A DNA stretch of 64,000 nt from Lytechinus pictus. Its lineage: Eukaryota. Shown here piece by piece: positions 30,387 through 42,759 of this stretch. The notes under the pieces are model-generated. The model saw nothing but the letters and a program-made list of their open reading frames with translations. It was not told the DNA's origin and made no database searches. Both the position numbers and the translations under genes were made by a program. The first letter of the stretch is position 1, and each line of letters starts with the position of its first letter. Where the stretch lies: NCBI RefSeq assembly GCF_037042905.1, contig NC_087251.1, positions 39,992,001 through 40,056,000 on the forward strand, written 5' to 3'.

Positions 30387-31895
30387 AACAAGTGGAATGC
30401 CTCTGGCGGTCTCACCTGCATCACGCGATTCAATATACATGTAGCAGCAGTGCTGACTTTGAAAACTACTATAAAATAATTATTCACAAAAAACACCATT
30501 CATATAATGATACAGTACTACATTCATGACATTTGACCTTGATCATGTGACCTAAAACTTGTCAGTGATATTTGATTACCCCTATATCCACATTTTATAC
30601 ACTATTATCTATAAACTTTGAAAGTTATGACAGCAATCTAATAATTACCTCTAAAATGGCCAAAGTTCAATGACCTTAAATAAACTTTGACTTTGGTCAT
30701 GTGACCTGAACTCGCATGAGATGTTTAGTGATATTTGATGACTCTTATGTCCAAATTTTATACAATACACTTACAGAGATATGATGGTAATTCAACAGAT
30801 ACCCCCAACATGGCCAAAGTTCATTGACCTTAAATGACCTTTGACCTTGGTCATGTGACCTGAAACTCGGACGGGATCTTCAAAGATACTTGATTACTCT
30901 TATGTCCAAGTTTCATGAATCAGACCCATAAACTTTCAAAGTTATGATGGTAATTCAACAGATACCCCCAATTTGGCCAAAGTTCATTGACCCTAAATGA
31001 CCTTTGACCTTGGTCATGTGACCTGAAACTCAGGCAGGATGTTCAGTAATACTTGATTTACCTTATGGCCAAGTTTCATGAACTAGGTCCATATACTTTC
31101 TAAGTTATGCTGTCATTTCAAAAACTTAACCTTTGGTTAAGATTTGGTGTTGACGCTGCCGCCGCCGTCGGAAAAGCAGCGCCTATAGTCTCACTCTCCC
31201 GGGGGGGGGGGCCACTTCCATTGACGAGTGGATACCATGCGCGACCACGGGGTCTTGAATAGCATCCTAAACACGTATTTTCCATATTCTAAAAATGCAC
31301 CCCTTAACAAGTATTGGCATGTGAAACCCTACCCTTAACAAGTATTGGAAACAAATACTATTGGCAAGTATTCCCAGAACTGAGCCCCTAAACAAGTACA
31401 GCAATGTATTTTCCATATTCTGAAAATGCACCCCTTAACAAGTATTGGAAACAAAACGATACTCTTAGCAAGTATTCCCTGAAATGAACCCCTAAACAAG
31501 CACAGAGATATTTTATTGTTATGTCACGCGTCCGTCGGTCGTCGGTTTTACCTTTAGACACCATTATTTTGGTTTAGTACGGCCCCACCTTCCACACCTC
31601 GCGCAAATCGGACTCTAAACACGTAGTGTTGGGGCAAAAAGGACATCCTTTATAAAACATTTTGATTTTGTTTTATCATCCCCGCATATTTGACCCTAAA
31701 CACGTATATTTTTTAGAGCGAAATAGATACCCTTTTTTCAATATTTTTGTGTTTTTGACACCCTTATCACGTTACGTACGTAACGTGCCCTATCTTGAAA
31801 AAGACATCCTTTTTACGTGTTTTTTTGGTCGCGCATGGTATCCACTCGTCAATGTAAGTGGCCCCCCCGGGCTCACTCTGCTATGCAGGTGAGAG
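30387..31895 (+). mobile_element. HINE-like family C copy interrupted in its 3' hairpin
   Basis: Same 5' end, core repeats and GCC tract; insertion at 31198-31871. Confidence 0.7.
31198..31871. mobile_element. MITE with 8-bp TSD and CCCGGG(G)n termini
   Basis: TSD CTCACTCT at 31190-97 and 31872-79; TIR GCCACTT(C/A)CATTGACGAGTGGATACCATGCGCGACCA; partial copy at about 34080-34212. Confidence 0.8.
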
Positions 31896-33534
31896 AACAA
31901 TTGGAGAACAGTTAGTAGCTGTTCGAATCCAACGATTTTCTTTTAAAAATATAACAAAACTGGTTGTTTTTTGTTTTGTTTTGAAAGAAATAGACCACTC
32001 TTTTCCTTTTCTTTTTGCTTTAACTAATAATTTGGTGCCTTTCAAGTCTTATCCATGGGGAGATTTTCTACAAAATCTTGCTAATTTTTTTTTTTTCATA
32101 ATAATATGGAAGTATGTGTAAAAAATTGTGTACATTTATGTGCAGTGATTTCACTCTAGAATCTGAATTTATTTCTTTTTCTTAAAAAGAGAGCTCAAAC
32201 AGGGCCTTTGCTATACAATGCATGTATACAAATCTAAGAAATGCATTGAAAACTGATAGAATATATTAAAGCTTAATTTCTATACTTCTTGATACTTGTT
32301 ATAAATTGCATACAATGCTACATGCATACATATATTTAACACTCAGTTGCTCATCCCTCCGAAAAAATTGTAATAAAATGTCCAATGTCTCTGAAATCAA
32401 AAGCTACATATTATACATGTATAACAAATTGTTGAAACAATAGAATACATAATGAATTTGTGAAACAATCAAATACATCAGAAAATAGCACACTCATATT
32501 TTTATTTGTTCATATAAAGTACAAAAGGAATGATAACTTTCATATGTAAAAAAAGACCCCCGTACATACATGTATACAATACTAAAGTTGAAAAAGAGCT
32601 TGTAATTTATTTCAGAAAAACAAAGAAATAAATTAGAAATTACAAAAACAATACTTTAAACAAATTCATTTAGGAAATCATCTACATGATGCTGTTTTGA
32701 TGCCAACTAAATTATATAAATTATCTATCATGATCACCTTCATTTGGCAAAAAAAATATTTTGCATATTAAATTTGCATAATTAATTAAAATTAATTAGA
32801 AGAAACTATTTTACACATATTAAGAAGAAAAATTACAAAGTGACATGATTACACATCAATTGAGCTTTCTTTCACCTTTCCATTGATACCTGAATTACTT
32901 CAAAGGGCTCAAAAACAAAGAAGTTAGAGCCTGTTGAAGACTTGGGTTCAAAATGGTCACAAAAATCAGTTTTGTATTCCATTGACTTTTAATACATTAA
33001 GACAATGACCACAAATTTGGATAAATATGCACAAATTAAACTGGAATAACTTTATAATTTCTTGATGAAAATTAGATTTCTTGGTATCAAAGGTTTTTTA
33101 AGAGCTTTCAAATGATACCAAATTTATTGATATTTGATGATTTTCATTTTTTTGTCACATACCTACTTACTCATAATAATATAAGAAACATTTAATTTAT
33201 CTGAAAGATTTTGTGAAATAAAAAAAAATCATGTTAAATCTTAACTCAAATTGTTAGGTGTGCAGACTTGGGGACCACGACCATACTTTTACGTGATGTA
33301 AAAGTACCGTATATGTAAAAACATTTTTTTTTATCGGAGTCAAGGCTATATATTATAGGCCTATCGCACCGGGGTGTGTAGCGGCGTGTAGCACGGGGGG
33401 AATGATCTCGCATATTATTAATTAGTCGCAACAGGTGCATCAACGTTTATTCGTTCCTTAGCACGCATTTAGCCATGGATACACAAATGGTTCACATAAA
33501 TTTCTATAAATAATTAAAAAATTCAAACAAATAC

Positions 33535-33910
33535 CTGCTATACTGTAGTACGGTTAGAGGTTCCCCTTCATCATAATAATTCAACCTGATGCAGCACCAA
33601 GTTCCCAGTAATCGCTGGTCCGAAGCGTATGGTCTATGGGTCTCGTTGTATAGTGGAGGTAATCAATTGCCCCGCTCGAGTACCCGTAGCATGGTTAAGT
33701 TAGTACGTGGAGTCTTTCGCCTTGGAAACTTTCCCAGATTGAGCCGCAGCGATCGGATTAGCCGGCTGCTTATATACGGTACGTTAACGGAGCGCCACAC
33801 CTAGCAGCAATCTTGCTAGCAACGCAACGCTAAGCGCATAACTTTACGCTGACACATTTTTTATTCCACTTTCCGTGCGTACAGGATCGAGCATTGGCTC
33901 TTTGGATTGG
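33535..33910 (-). promoter_or_regulatory. Candidate promoter and non-coding first exon of the K2P gene
   Basis: On the minus strand: TATATAAG at 33776-33769, two CCAAT boxes (33897, 33910), CpG-rich sequence with no repeat match noticed, and CAG|GTATT donor at 33534. Possible partner acceptor TATAG| at 23949-23948 upstream of the ATG. No transcript evidence. Confidence 0.4.
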
Positions 33911-35501
33911 ATTTGCTTGTTAGTGTTACACCAACTATCAGTATGTGTGCTTTCTAAATCATCTTGAGTACTTGACAAATATGAATATTGTACACGGTGG
34001 AAAAGGGAAATGAGGCGTAGCTCTTTATCTCCGCAAAAGTGTTATTACTTCATATACCCTGAAATAAGGCCACAGAGGCCCGGAGGGGGGGGGGGGGGGT
34101 GCGGCCAGGGGGGGGGGGGGGCACTTCATTGACGAGTGGATACCATGCGTGAACATGGGGTTTCGAAAAGCAAACTATAAACAAGTATTTTCCATCTTCT
34201 AAAAATGCACCAATATCATCCACATCATGACTGTTTTAGGACATACACATTCATATATAATATACAAATTAATTAGAATGGTGACAGGCCGATTTTGAGG
34301 AATTACCAAAACTGACCCTATTTAACCCTAAACACAAACGGTGTAGCCAAGCTTTATCCTTAATACCATTTAATTTAAAAATCATTAAATTTGATTAATA
34401 CAAGAAAACATATAGTAAAATTATATATCAAACAAAAGATCAAATTCTAAATTTTCTTTATATTTCATTGTTTTTGTCCAAATGTCACTTTCAATTAAGG
34501 GCAAATAATTTGGGTTATGCATTTGCATAAAACAAAGAAAATAATCTCTATTTTTTTTCATTGAATTTGAGAAGGTTACACGCAAAAATACTTTCTTATT
34601 CACTTAAATTGCAAGCCTATAGTATAAATGAGACAAAAGAAACGATAAAATTCATAAAAAATTTCCTTTCTGATATATCTTTTTTGATATTTTATTGTAA
34701 TTTTGTAAATTTCACATTTTTCACACAAATCACAGGATTAGCATTGAATTTAGCAAATTGTAATGCAATTAAACATTTTACAAAGTAAGTGGTATATTCA
34801 TCCTTTAAAATTTTCATAAAAACATTCATATGTGGTTGAATTCTTATGCAAGCTAATATATGACATAATTTGCATAATTCAATAGAAATAGTTAACAAAA
34901 AATGATTTCTTTAAAATTTCAAGCCATAAACAGCAATTTTCTCGCATTTTTGTGTTTAGTATTTCTTATGAAAGAAAACAGTTTACACATTCACATTATA
35001 CAGACACATCACATTATAATGTACCACTAATTACACAAATTATACATGTATATACTAAAAAGAATTCTCTAAAGATTAAAAAAAATGATTTTGAACCGAT
35101 GTTATTTGGTATATAGAAGGAACTGTCCTGGGGTGCTGAAAGCATGACAATGTCTATTGCATGTCAGAATTCTCTGGCAAGCAAAAAAAAATCAGCAATT
35201 TTCGGCAATGACTCTTCACTCTTCCTCTGAATTCACGATTGTCCTGAAAACAGATAATGTCGCGTTTATCAGCAACTTTGGGGGCAGTTTTGGGTCTGAA
35301 ACGGTCACTCTTTTAGGCTACTATGTTTTATATATCTTTTACATGTTTTAGCTAGTAGCCCCAAAAATATAATCACACTGAGTTCCGCTATCTGGACACA
35401 TCAATTGGCGGATGTACCATGTATACTGTTGGTGACGAATTGTGTCCAGCCTGGCGTTCCACAATATTAGCGCCGCGTTATGTTCGCAATGAATGGTGTA
35501 G

Positions 35502-35710
35502 GATCTTGTCAACTGATCATCTCTTCTACAAGATGTCGACATGATGAGATCAGAGATCTTGTCATCTGATCATCTCTTCAAAAGGATGTCGACATGACGA
35601 GATCCGGGATCTTGTCATCTCATCATCTCTTCTAAAAGATGTTGACATGATGAGATCCGGGATCTCGTCATCTGATCTTTTGCTATCATGATGTCGACGA
35701 TGTCAACATC
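35502..35710 (+). repeat. Minisatellite, unit about 53 bp
   Basis: GATCTTGTCATCTGATCATCTCTTC...GATGTCGACATGA repeated about 4 times. Confidence 0.75.
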
Positions 35711-36101
35711 TCGGTGGCACTTTTAAGCTTCCATACTATGGGGTTCGCCAGTCATAATATTAGAAGAGGTCGAGGGTCGCCAGTCAAAATAGCAAAAGAG
35801 GTTCGCCAGTCATAATAGTAGATGGGGTTCGCCAGTCATAATACACTACTCAAAAAAAGTTAAGGACCACTTTTTAAAACGTACATAAAGATTTTATACA
35901 AGGTGTTTTATTTCTGGAAATACCTCAGTACAACTGTCCTAAATGTCCTTAAACACGCTGTAATCAATTTCACGCATGGGTGGTTTCAGTTGTTGCACAA
36001 TGTCTCTCGCATCACTGCACATCCTGAAAAGTGGGCCCCGAGGGGTATCAGCTACCGACATGAAGTGGTAAAAACGAATGTCTGAGTGTCTTTCAGGCAG
36101 T

Positions 36102-36965
36102 TCAGTAACGAGTGTGACCACCTCCTGCAGCAATAACGGCTTCACAGCGCTGTCTCATGGAGCTGATGAGGCGATTGATGTCTCTGACGTCCAGTGCATC
36201 CCATGCAGCCTCCAGAGCCACACCCAGCTGCTGCAGTCCAAGTGGATGGGCTTTGAGCTGCTCGAGACTCCTCCCCATCATGTCCCAGACGTGCTCTATC
36301 GGGTTTAAGTCCGGGGACCTCGCTGGCCACTCCATACGCTCAATCCCCTGGCCCTCAAGGAACTCGGTCACCACCCTAGCTCGGTGGGCACGGGCATTGT
36401 CATCCATGAAAATGATGTTTTGTCCCACATTTTCTGCAAATGGCACCACTATAGGTTCAAGGACCTCATCCCTGTACCTCACTCCTGTCATTGCTCCCCC
36501 TGGGACCACGTAGAGACGAGTACGGTTGGCGTAGGTGATGCCTCCCCACACCATGACGCTGCCTCCCCCATAACGGTCATGTTCTGCAATACAGGGGTCT
36601 GCAAATCTCTCTCCTGGTCGCCTCCAGACTCTCGAACGTCCATCATTGTGGTCAAGGGAAAATCTGCTCTCATCTGTGAACAGAACTCTACGCCATTGCT
36701 GTCTGGTCCATCTGACATGCTCCCAGGCCCAGTTGAGACGAATTCTTCTGTGAGCAGGGGTGAGTGGGACACACTGAGCTGGCCGTCTGGCATGCATATT
36801 GGCTCTGTGAAGTCGGTTACGGATTGTTTGAGTGGAAACAATCACTCCAGTTGCTGCAGCGAAGTCATTGTTGAGGCGGCGTGCACTATCTCTACAATCA
36901 ACAACTTGCTGACAATAGCAATGCCAAGATACAGCTGTCCAGAATGCCATCAAACACAATGACAT
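36102..36965 (-). pseudogene. Inverted, N-terminally truncated copy of the Tc1 transposase (frame still open)
   Basis: Matches the + ORF from SARRLNN to the stop except V/M and N/K. The frame stays open into the spacer, with an ATG at 36965. Confidence 0.8.
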
Positions 36966-37089
36966 CAATTTCACACATGCAGTTCTTTCATGATGTCTCT
37001 GGCATCATTGCAGTGGGCCATAAGACAAGTGTCTTCCAAAGCATTTTCCGTCTTTAGTCTGTACAATCAACAACTTGCCTACAACAGCA

Positions 37090-38118
37090 ATGCCAAGACA
37101 CCACCTAAGTGAAACAGATGTAGCCAGAGCCCTAGGGATGCTGGAAGCTGGCCTCAGTCAGCGAAGAGTAGCCAGAATGATGGGCGTGTCACACAGTGTC
37201 ATTAGCAGAGCAAATCAAAGACACCGAGAGACAGGGCTATACTCCGAGAGACCCCGCAGTGGCCGACCAGTTTCGACAACCCCTAGAGATGATCGCTACT
37301 TGACGAATCTCAGCCTCCGCAACCGCTTTCACAGTGCACGCCGCCTCAACAATGACTTCGCTGCAGCAACTGGAATGATTGTTTCCACTCAAACAATCCG
37401 TAACCGACTTCACAGAGCCAATATGCATGCCAGACGGCCAGCTCAGTGTGTCCCACTCACCCCTGCTCACAGAAGAATTCGTCTCAACTGGGCCTGGGAG
37501 CATGTCAGATGGACCAGACAGCAATGGCGTAGAGTTCTGTTCACAGATGAGAGCAGATTTTCCCTTGACCACAATGATGGACGTTCGAGAGTCTGGAGGC
37601 GACCAGGAGAGAGATTTGCAGACCCCTGTATTGCAGAACATGACCGTTATGGGGGAGGCAGTGTCATGGTGTGGGGAGGCATCACCTACGCCAAACGTAC
37701 TCGTCTCTACGTGGTCCCAGGGGGAGCAATGACAGGAGTGAGGTACAGGGATGAGGTCCTTGAACCTATAGTGGTGCCATTTGCAGAAAATGTGGGACAA
37801 AACATCATTTTCATGGATGACAATGCCCGTGCCCACCGAGCTAGGGTGGTGACCGAGTTCCTTGAGGGCCAGGGGATTGAGCGTATGGAGTGGCCAGCGA
37901 GGTCCCCGGACTTAAACCCGATAGAGCACGTCTGGGACATGATGGGGAGGAGTCTCGAGCAGCTCAAAGCCCATCCACTTGGACTGCAGCAGCTGGGTGT
38001 GGCTCTGGAGGCTGCATGGGATGCACTGGACGTCAGAGACATCAATCGCCTCATCAGCTCCATGAGACAGCGCTGTGAAGCCGTTATTGCTGCAGGAGGT
38101 GGTCACACTCGTTACTGA
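37090..38118 (+). CDS. Tc1-family DD34E transposase, intact, 342 aa
   Basis: N-terminal HTH, RSGRP linker, WRRVLFTDESRF, MVWGGI, FMDDNARAH and WPARSPDLNPIEHVW; 34 residues lie between the second D and the E. Confidence 0.95.
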   Translation: MPRHHLSETDVARALGMLEAGLSQRRVARMMGVSHSVISRANQRHRETGLYSERPRSGRPVSTTPRDDRYLTNLSLRNRFHSARRLNNDFAAATGMIVSTQTIRNRLHRANMHARRPAQCVPLTPAHRRIRLNWAWEHVRWTRQQWRRVLFTDESRFSLDHNDGRSRVWRRPGERFADPCIAEHDRYGGGSVMVWGGITYAKRTRLYVVPGGAMTGVRYRDEVLEPIVVPFAENVGQNIIFMDDNARAHRARVVTEFLEGQGIERMEWPARSPDLNPIEHVWDMMGRSLEQLKAHPLGLQQLGVALEAAWDALDVRDINRLISSMRQRCEAVIAAGGGHTRY

Positions 38119-40274
38119 ACTGCCTGAAAGACACTCAGACATTCGTTTTTACCACTTCATGTCGGTAGCTGATACCCCTCGGGGCCCACTTTTCAGGATG
38201 TGCAGTGATGCGAGAGACATTGTGCAACAACTGAAACCACCCATGCGTGAAATTGATTACAGCGTGTTTAAGGACATTTAGGACAGTTGTACTGAGGTAT
38301 TTCCAGAAATAAAACACCTTGTATAAAATCTTTATGTACGTTTTAAAAAGTGGTCCTTAACTTTTTTTGAGTAGTGTATTAGAAGAGGTCGAGGGTCGCC
38401 AGTCATATTAGCAGAAGAGGTTCACCAGTCATAATAGTAGATGGGGTTCGCCAGTCATAATATTAGAAGAGGTCGAGGGTCGCCAGTCAAAATAGCAGAA
38501 GAGGTTCGCCAGTCATAATTAATAGTATAGATGGGGGTCGCTAGTCATAATATTAGAAGAGATCGAGGGTCGCCAGTCAAAATAGCAGAAGAGGTTCGCC
38601 GGTCATAATAGTAGATGAGGGTCGCTAGTCATGAACAAGATGCGTATGTAGCTGAATAAGCACTGCAAGCGCGAAGAGCGAGCAAAATTTTCTAATCTAC
38701 ATTAATTTCTAGCCTGATCGAAAAGGGACCTGTTAAGAACTGTTTGCAGTTAGCCATGAAGACGATAAATATTTCAAATAATGCGACCGTGGATCACGAG
38801 CTGAAAATTTTAGTAATTACGACCTAAAAAATGACATTCTAAGCACTTTTTGTATTCGTGAACAGGAAAGGTAGTATCACAAAACAATGCGAGCGCGAAA
38901 CACCAGCAGAAAAAAAAATTGAGGTTTATAGACTTAAAAATGATATACGCTATTCATGTTTTGTAAATCATGAAAAATAATGATTGGTATAATTGGTTAT
39001 ATTTTTACCATAGTAAAACGAGAGCGAAACGCGAGCAAATTTTTTTTTGATATTCTGATATGAAAATTTGATAATTTACGCATGTTTTGAATAAAGAACC
39101 AGCTGCGTATTAGAACATCAGCGTGATTTATATTTAGACCTAGTATATGGGCATTCTAAATACATTTTTTATCATGAAAATGAATAATGCGAGCGCGAAG
39201 TGCAAGCTGAAAACGTTTAATATTCCAAACTGAAAAAAGGGTCAATTTAAGCATTATTTCAAGCACCGCATAGGAAAAATAATTGTAAAGTGAATATGGA
39301 TCGCAGTTAATAAATGAGGCGAGCGCGGAGCACGAGCTGATGTTTGTTGGTTATTATTTTGACCAAGGACCGGAACATATAAGGACAGTTTGTCATCATG
39401 ACTGTCTTCATATTCCTCTACCTAAGCGTGAGATGAAACTTGTCCATATATCCTGAAAAAGGGACAATTTAATTATATGGAATTCATGAAAAATTAATCT
39501 TATATATTAATCTAATGAGCCTAATGATATCGAGCGCGAAATTTGTTGATATATTAAGGTCTGAAATTGGACATTCTAAGAAATTCGTAATCCTGAATAC
39601 TATAGGATGCATGGGTGAATATATTTTCAATAATATTAATGCAAGCGCAAATCGCGAGCCGAATGTCATTAAAATGGGATTTTGAGTATATAATAAAAAT
39701 ACAGAGGTATACATATCTCACCATTTAAAATACGAGCGCGCAGTGCTAGCTGATAGGTTTTGACAATCAGACCTGAAAAGGGAAAGGCATTTTGAGAACT
39801 TTATGGAATACACTTATTAGATAATAGCTACTTAACTAACCAAATAATACGAGCGCCCAGCGTGAGCTGAAAATGTTGACACTCAGACTATAACGGACGT
39901 TTTACACAACACTTTTTTAAAATCAATTCGTAAGTCCAAAAAAAATGAAAGCTCGTTGTCCGAGCTGAAATACATTTTGTATATTGACTGCAAAAAATAA
40001 TAAGCAGCCTATTGAGCAAGATTATGTATCTCATCACATGCAATGCGAACGCGAAACGCGAGCAATGAAAAATTTTCCATACTTTTTCATTAAATTTTCC
40101 AAGGCATCCCCTCACCTTATTTTATTCACTCGTTTCCTCCTCTTTTTTTCCTCTTCCTTTTTCTCCTCTCTTCCCCCCTTTTTTGCTCCACCCCCTGGAT
40201 CGGCCTATAAATGGCAACCCTCTGCTAATATTATGGCTGGCAATCTTCTTTTCCCGATATGACTGGTGACCCTA

Positions 40275-40526
40275 CACTGTTAAAAAAATTATCCTTGAAA
40301 TAAAAGAAGTTCCTGCAGCAGAGCCGCGAGAACACCTGTAATCTTACCAGATTGCGTAATCTTACAGGAAATTGGTATTTGGTGTATGGCCTTTTCCCCT
40401 TTTTAAACAGACCTGTTCTGTTAAATTGCAGAAAAATTCCTGTTTATGAATTTAAAGAATGATTCTGTTATTGCTTTCTGCAAAATCTTCTTTTTTTCCC
40501 TGTAAAATCTGGGTTTTTTAATAGTG
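40275..40526. mobile_element. Small TA-flanked MITE
   Basis: TA-CACTGTTAAAAAA...TTTTTTAATAGTG-TA. Confidence 0.55.
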
Positions 40527-41379
40527 TATATTCTTATTATATTGTAGGGTCAATTGGTCTCAATTGGGCAAACTGGCCCCAAATTCAATGGGGGACCAAT
40601 TGATGTCTAATGAGGCCAATTGGTCCCAATGTGTCTTGGTCCCCAATGGAATTAAAATGGGACCCTGCAAATGCCCAATTGGTTTCTGACTCGTTTTAAG
40701 TGGACCCACTCACTGGGCCACTTGGTCCCGAATCGGTTTTAGTTGATGGGAACGATAGCCAATTGGTTTCAATTGGGACAACTAACCAATTGGTCCCAAT
40801 GGGTACCCATAGTTTCATTTTTCATGCTTCCAAATTCAAACCAATTGCCAATTGATATTCAATTGGTATTTAATTTGGATATTCAATTGGACAATTTTGT
40901 CCTGGGATGGTAGTAAACGTTCGACCCTCTTATTTTATGTTTATTTTTTTAATGAATTTAAAATAAATGCCATTTTAACACACAAGTCTATGGTGAATGT
41001 TTTACGTGCTTGGCACCTATATGTAATATAGGGGAATCCCCTAGTGGATGGAATACCTGCCCAAACTCTTCAGTAGCAAACAATTTCTCACTTATATCAA
41101 TATGCTCAGTCCTCAAGTGGTGCAAAAAAATTGATTTAATGGCTTAGCAAGGCTCTATTGGGTAAAGTAAGTAGGTCTGTGCATAATTATGTAAACTACA
41201 AGAATCATGATTACTTTTTGTCTTTAATTTTATTTTAAATACAAAATACTTCAATAATATTATTTAACATATTTTCTTGGAGGTTAAATTATCCATAAAA
41301 AATAGCAAAATTGAACAAACGAAGAAAAACCAACTCTACAATCTTTAAAAAAAAGTGCTCTGGGAGAAAATGGTCACAA

Positions 41380-41797
41380 AATCTGAGCGAAGTGTACCAG
41401 TGTTGCTTCCCTCTACGTTCGTTGGATGGAACTTGCATACCGGTACGGTACACATGTGAGTTGGGTACTAAGACAATCGAGACCGTGCAATCTTTGTTGA
41501 CATTATTTGTTTGTTTATTTGTTCTAACAATTACCGGTTACACACATCATCTCATCTGTAATCTTCAGCACGCAACGTCCAAAATAATTATATCGCAAGA
41601 GTTACTATTTTAGACGTTCATCAAATTTCTCGAAATCGACTCAATCGGGCACACAAGTCAACGTACGGTACGGTACTTCGATCGACGCCAGCAGTTCCGG
41701 GGTGGTTGATTATCCGTTAATCGGCGCTATTCATCCTGTGTTTCATTTCCTGGAGTGCAGTGTTACTGTTACTTGTTAATGTTACTTATAGAGAGAC
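41380..41797 (+). promoter_or_regulatory. Candidate DPP3 promoter, non-coding exon and short first intron
   Basis: CpG-enriched stretch; donor GTGAGT at 41456; acceptor TTATAG| at 41790-41791, six nt before the ATG. Confidence 0.45.
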
Positions 41798-42067
41798 ATG
41801 GCAACCTCCCAGTTCATCATTCCAAACGAAGTACCTTTTGTGAATCTAGAATGCAAGACGGCATTCGAGTGTCTGTCGAGCAAGGAAAAAAAATATGCTC
41901 ACTACATTGGGAAAGCGGCATGGAGTGGTGGCCTTATCTGTCTTTTCCAAACCAGTCCAGAGTCTCCATTGATATTTCTGCTATTGCAGAAACTGTTTAA
42001 AGGGCAACCAGTAAATGAATTGAAGTCAGCTGCCATAGAGAAAGGGATCATAAAAGATGAAGTAGAG
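41798..42067 (+). CDS. DPP3: Dipeptidyl peptidase 3, coding exon 1
   Basis: MATSQFIIPNE...LECKTAFECL...AAWSGGLICLFQTSPESP matches the DPP3 N-terminus; donor GTACAG at 42068, phase 0. Confidence 0.93.
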
Positions 42068-42759
42068 GTACAGTATTCAGCCATTTGCATGATTAGTGTC
42101 AGTGATATTAACTTTACTCTTTAGTTAAATAAGGGCAGTTCTCCAACTTCCAGGGTAAACTGAGTGACATTCAGAAACAAATTTTTGCATTCAAACAAAG
42201 ATATCACCAAAATTTGAATAGTTATTGGCAAAGAAATTGTAAATGACATTAGTTGCTGAAACCTACTTTTCAAAATAATAGCATTTGTTATTTTGATCCA
42301 CTGAATTAATGAGATGAATATTCATAAACATGGTTACGGAGTGACGCAAAATGGACATGGATATTTGAGGAGAAAACATATTGCTCAAACTCTGAACTTT
42401 AAATTGCTATCACAATTTTGATTTATTGATTGGATTCTATGTTGTTCTAGCTTTAATATGCTGCATTACTTTTAAAAAAGTGTGTTGGTGTGTTATTTCA
42501 TTAATTACGACTTAAAATGTAAACCCTTACCCGGTCATGGAGTGACGGTTACAGAGTGACATCAGAAATATCCACACACAGGCAACTTAAAATGGCTAAA
42601 GTGGCTAATTATGTTCCCCTTTTGTATTTATGAAATTCCATATGAGTTTTGATAGAAAAATTTGATCCAGATTTGAAATAGAGCCAATATAATTTTTTGG
42701 AAAATGTCCACTTTTGCTTGGAATTGCCCTTAAATTACTTGCAAAGTGCAACCACCTTT

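Larger units (their letters stand above)
35844..38376 (+). mobile_element. Tc1/mariner DNA transposon, fold-back form with 1,044-bp inverted arms
   Basis: TA duplication at 35842-43 and 38377-78; termini CACTACTCAAAAAAAG...; arms 35844-36887 and 37333-38376 are reverse complements. Removing the element restores the flanking minisatellite unit CATAATATTAGAAG. Confidence 0.95.
35740..40272. mobile_element. Large non-autonomous TIR element with an internal minisatellite, host of the Tc1
   Basis: Left end GGGTTCGCCAGTCATA (tandemly repeated 35740-35841 and 38379-38632); inverted copy TATGACTGGTGACCC at 40258-40272; interior has many degenerate GCGAGCGCGAAG/GCGAGCTGAAA units. Confidence 0.55.

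Noticed and set aside
36157..38317. Many mirrored short ORFs
   Set aside because: Alternative frames of the transposase, duplicated by the inverted repeat.
35740..38632. CRISPR-like repeat array
   Set aside because: Eukaryotic context; the intervening segments themselves repeat, so this is a minisatellite, and there are no cas genes.
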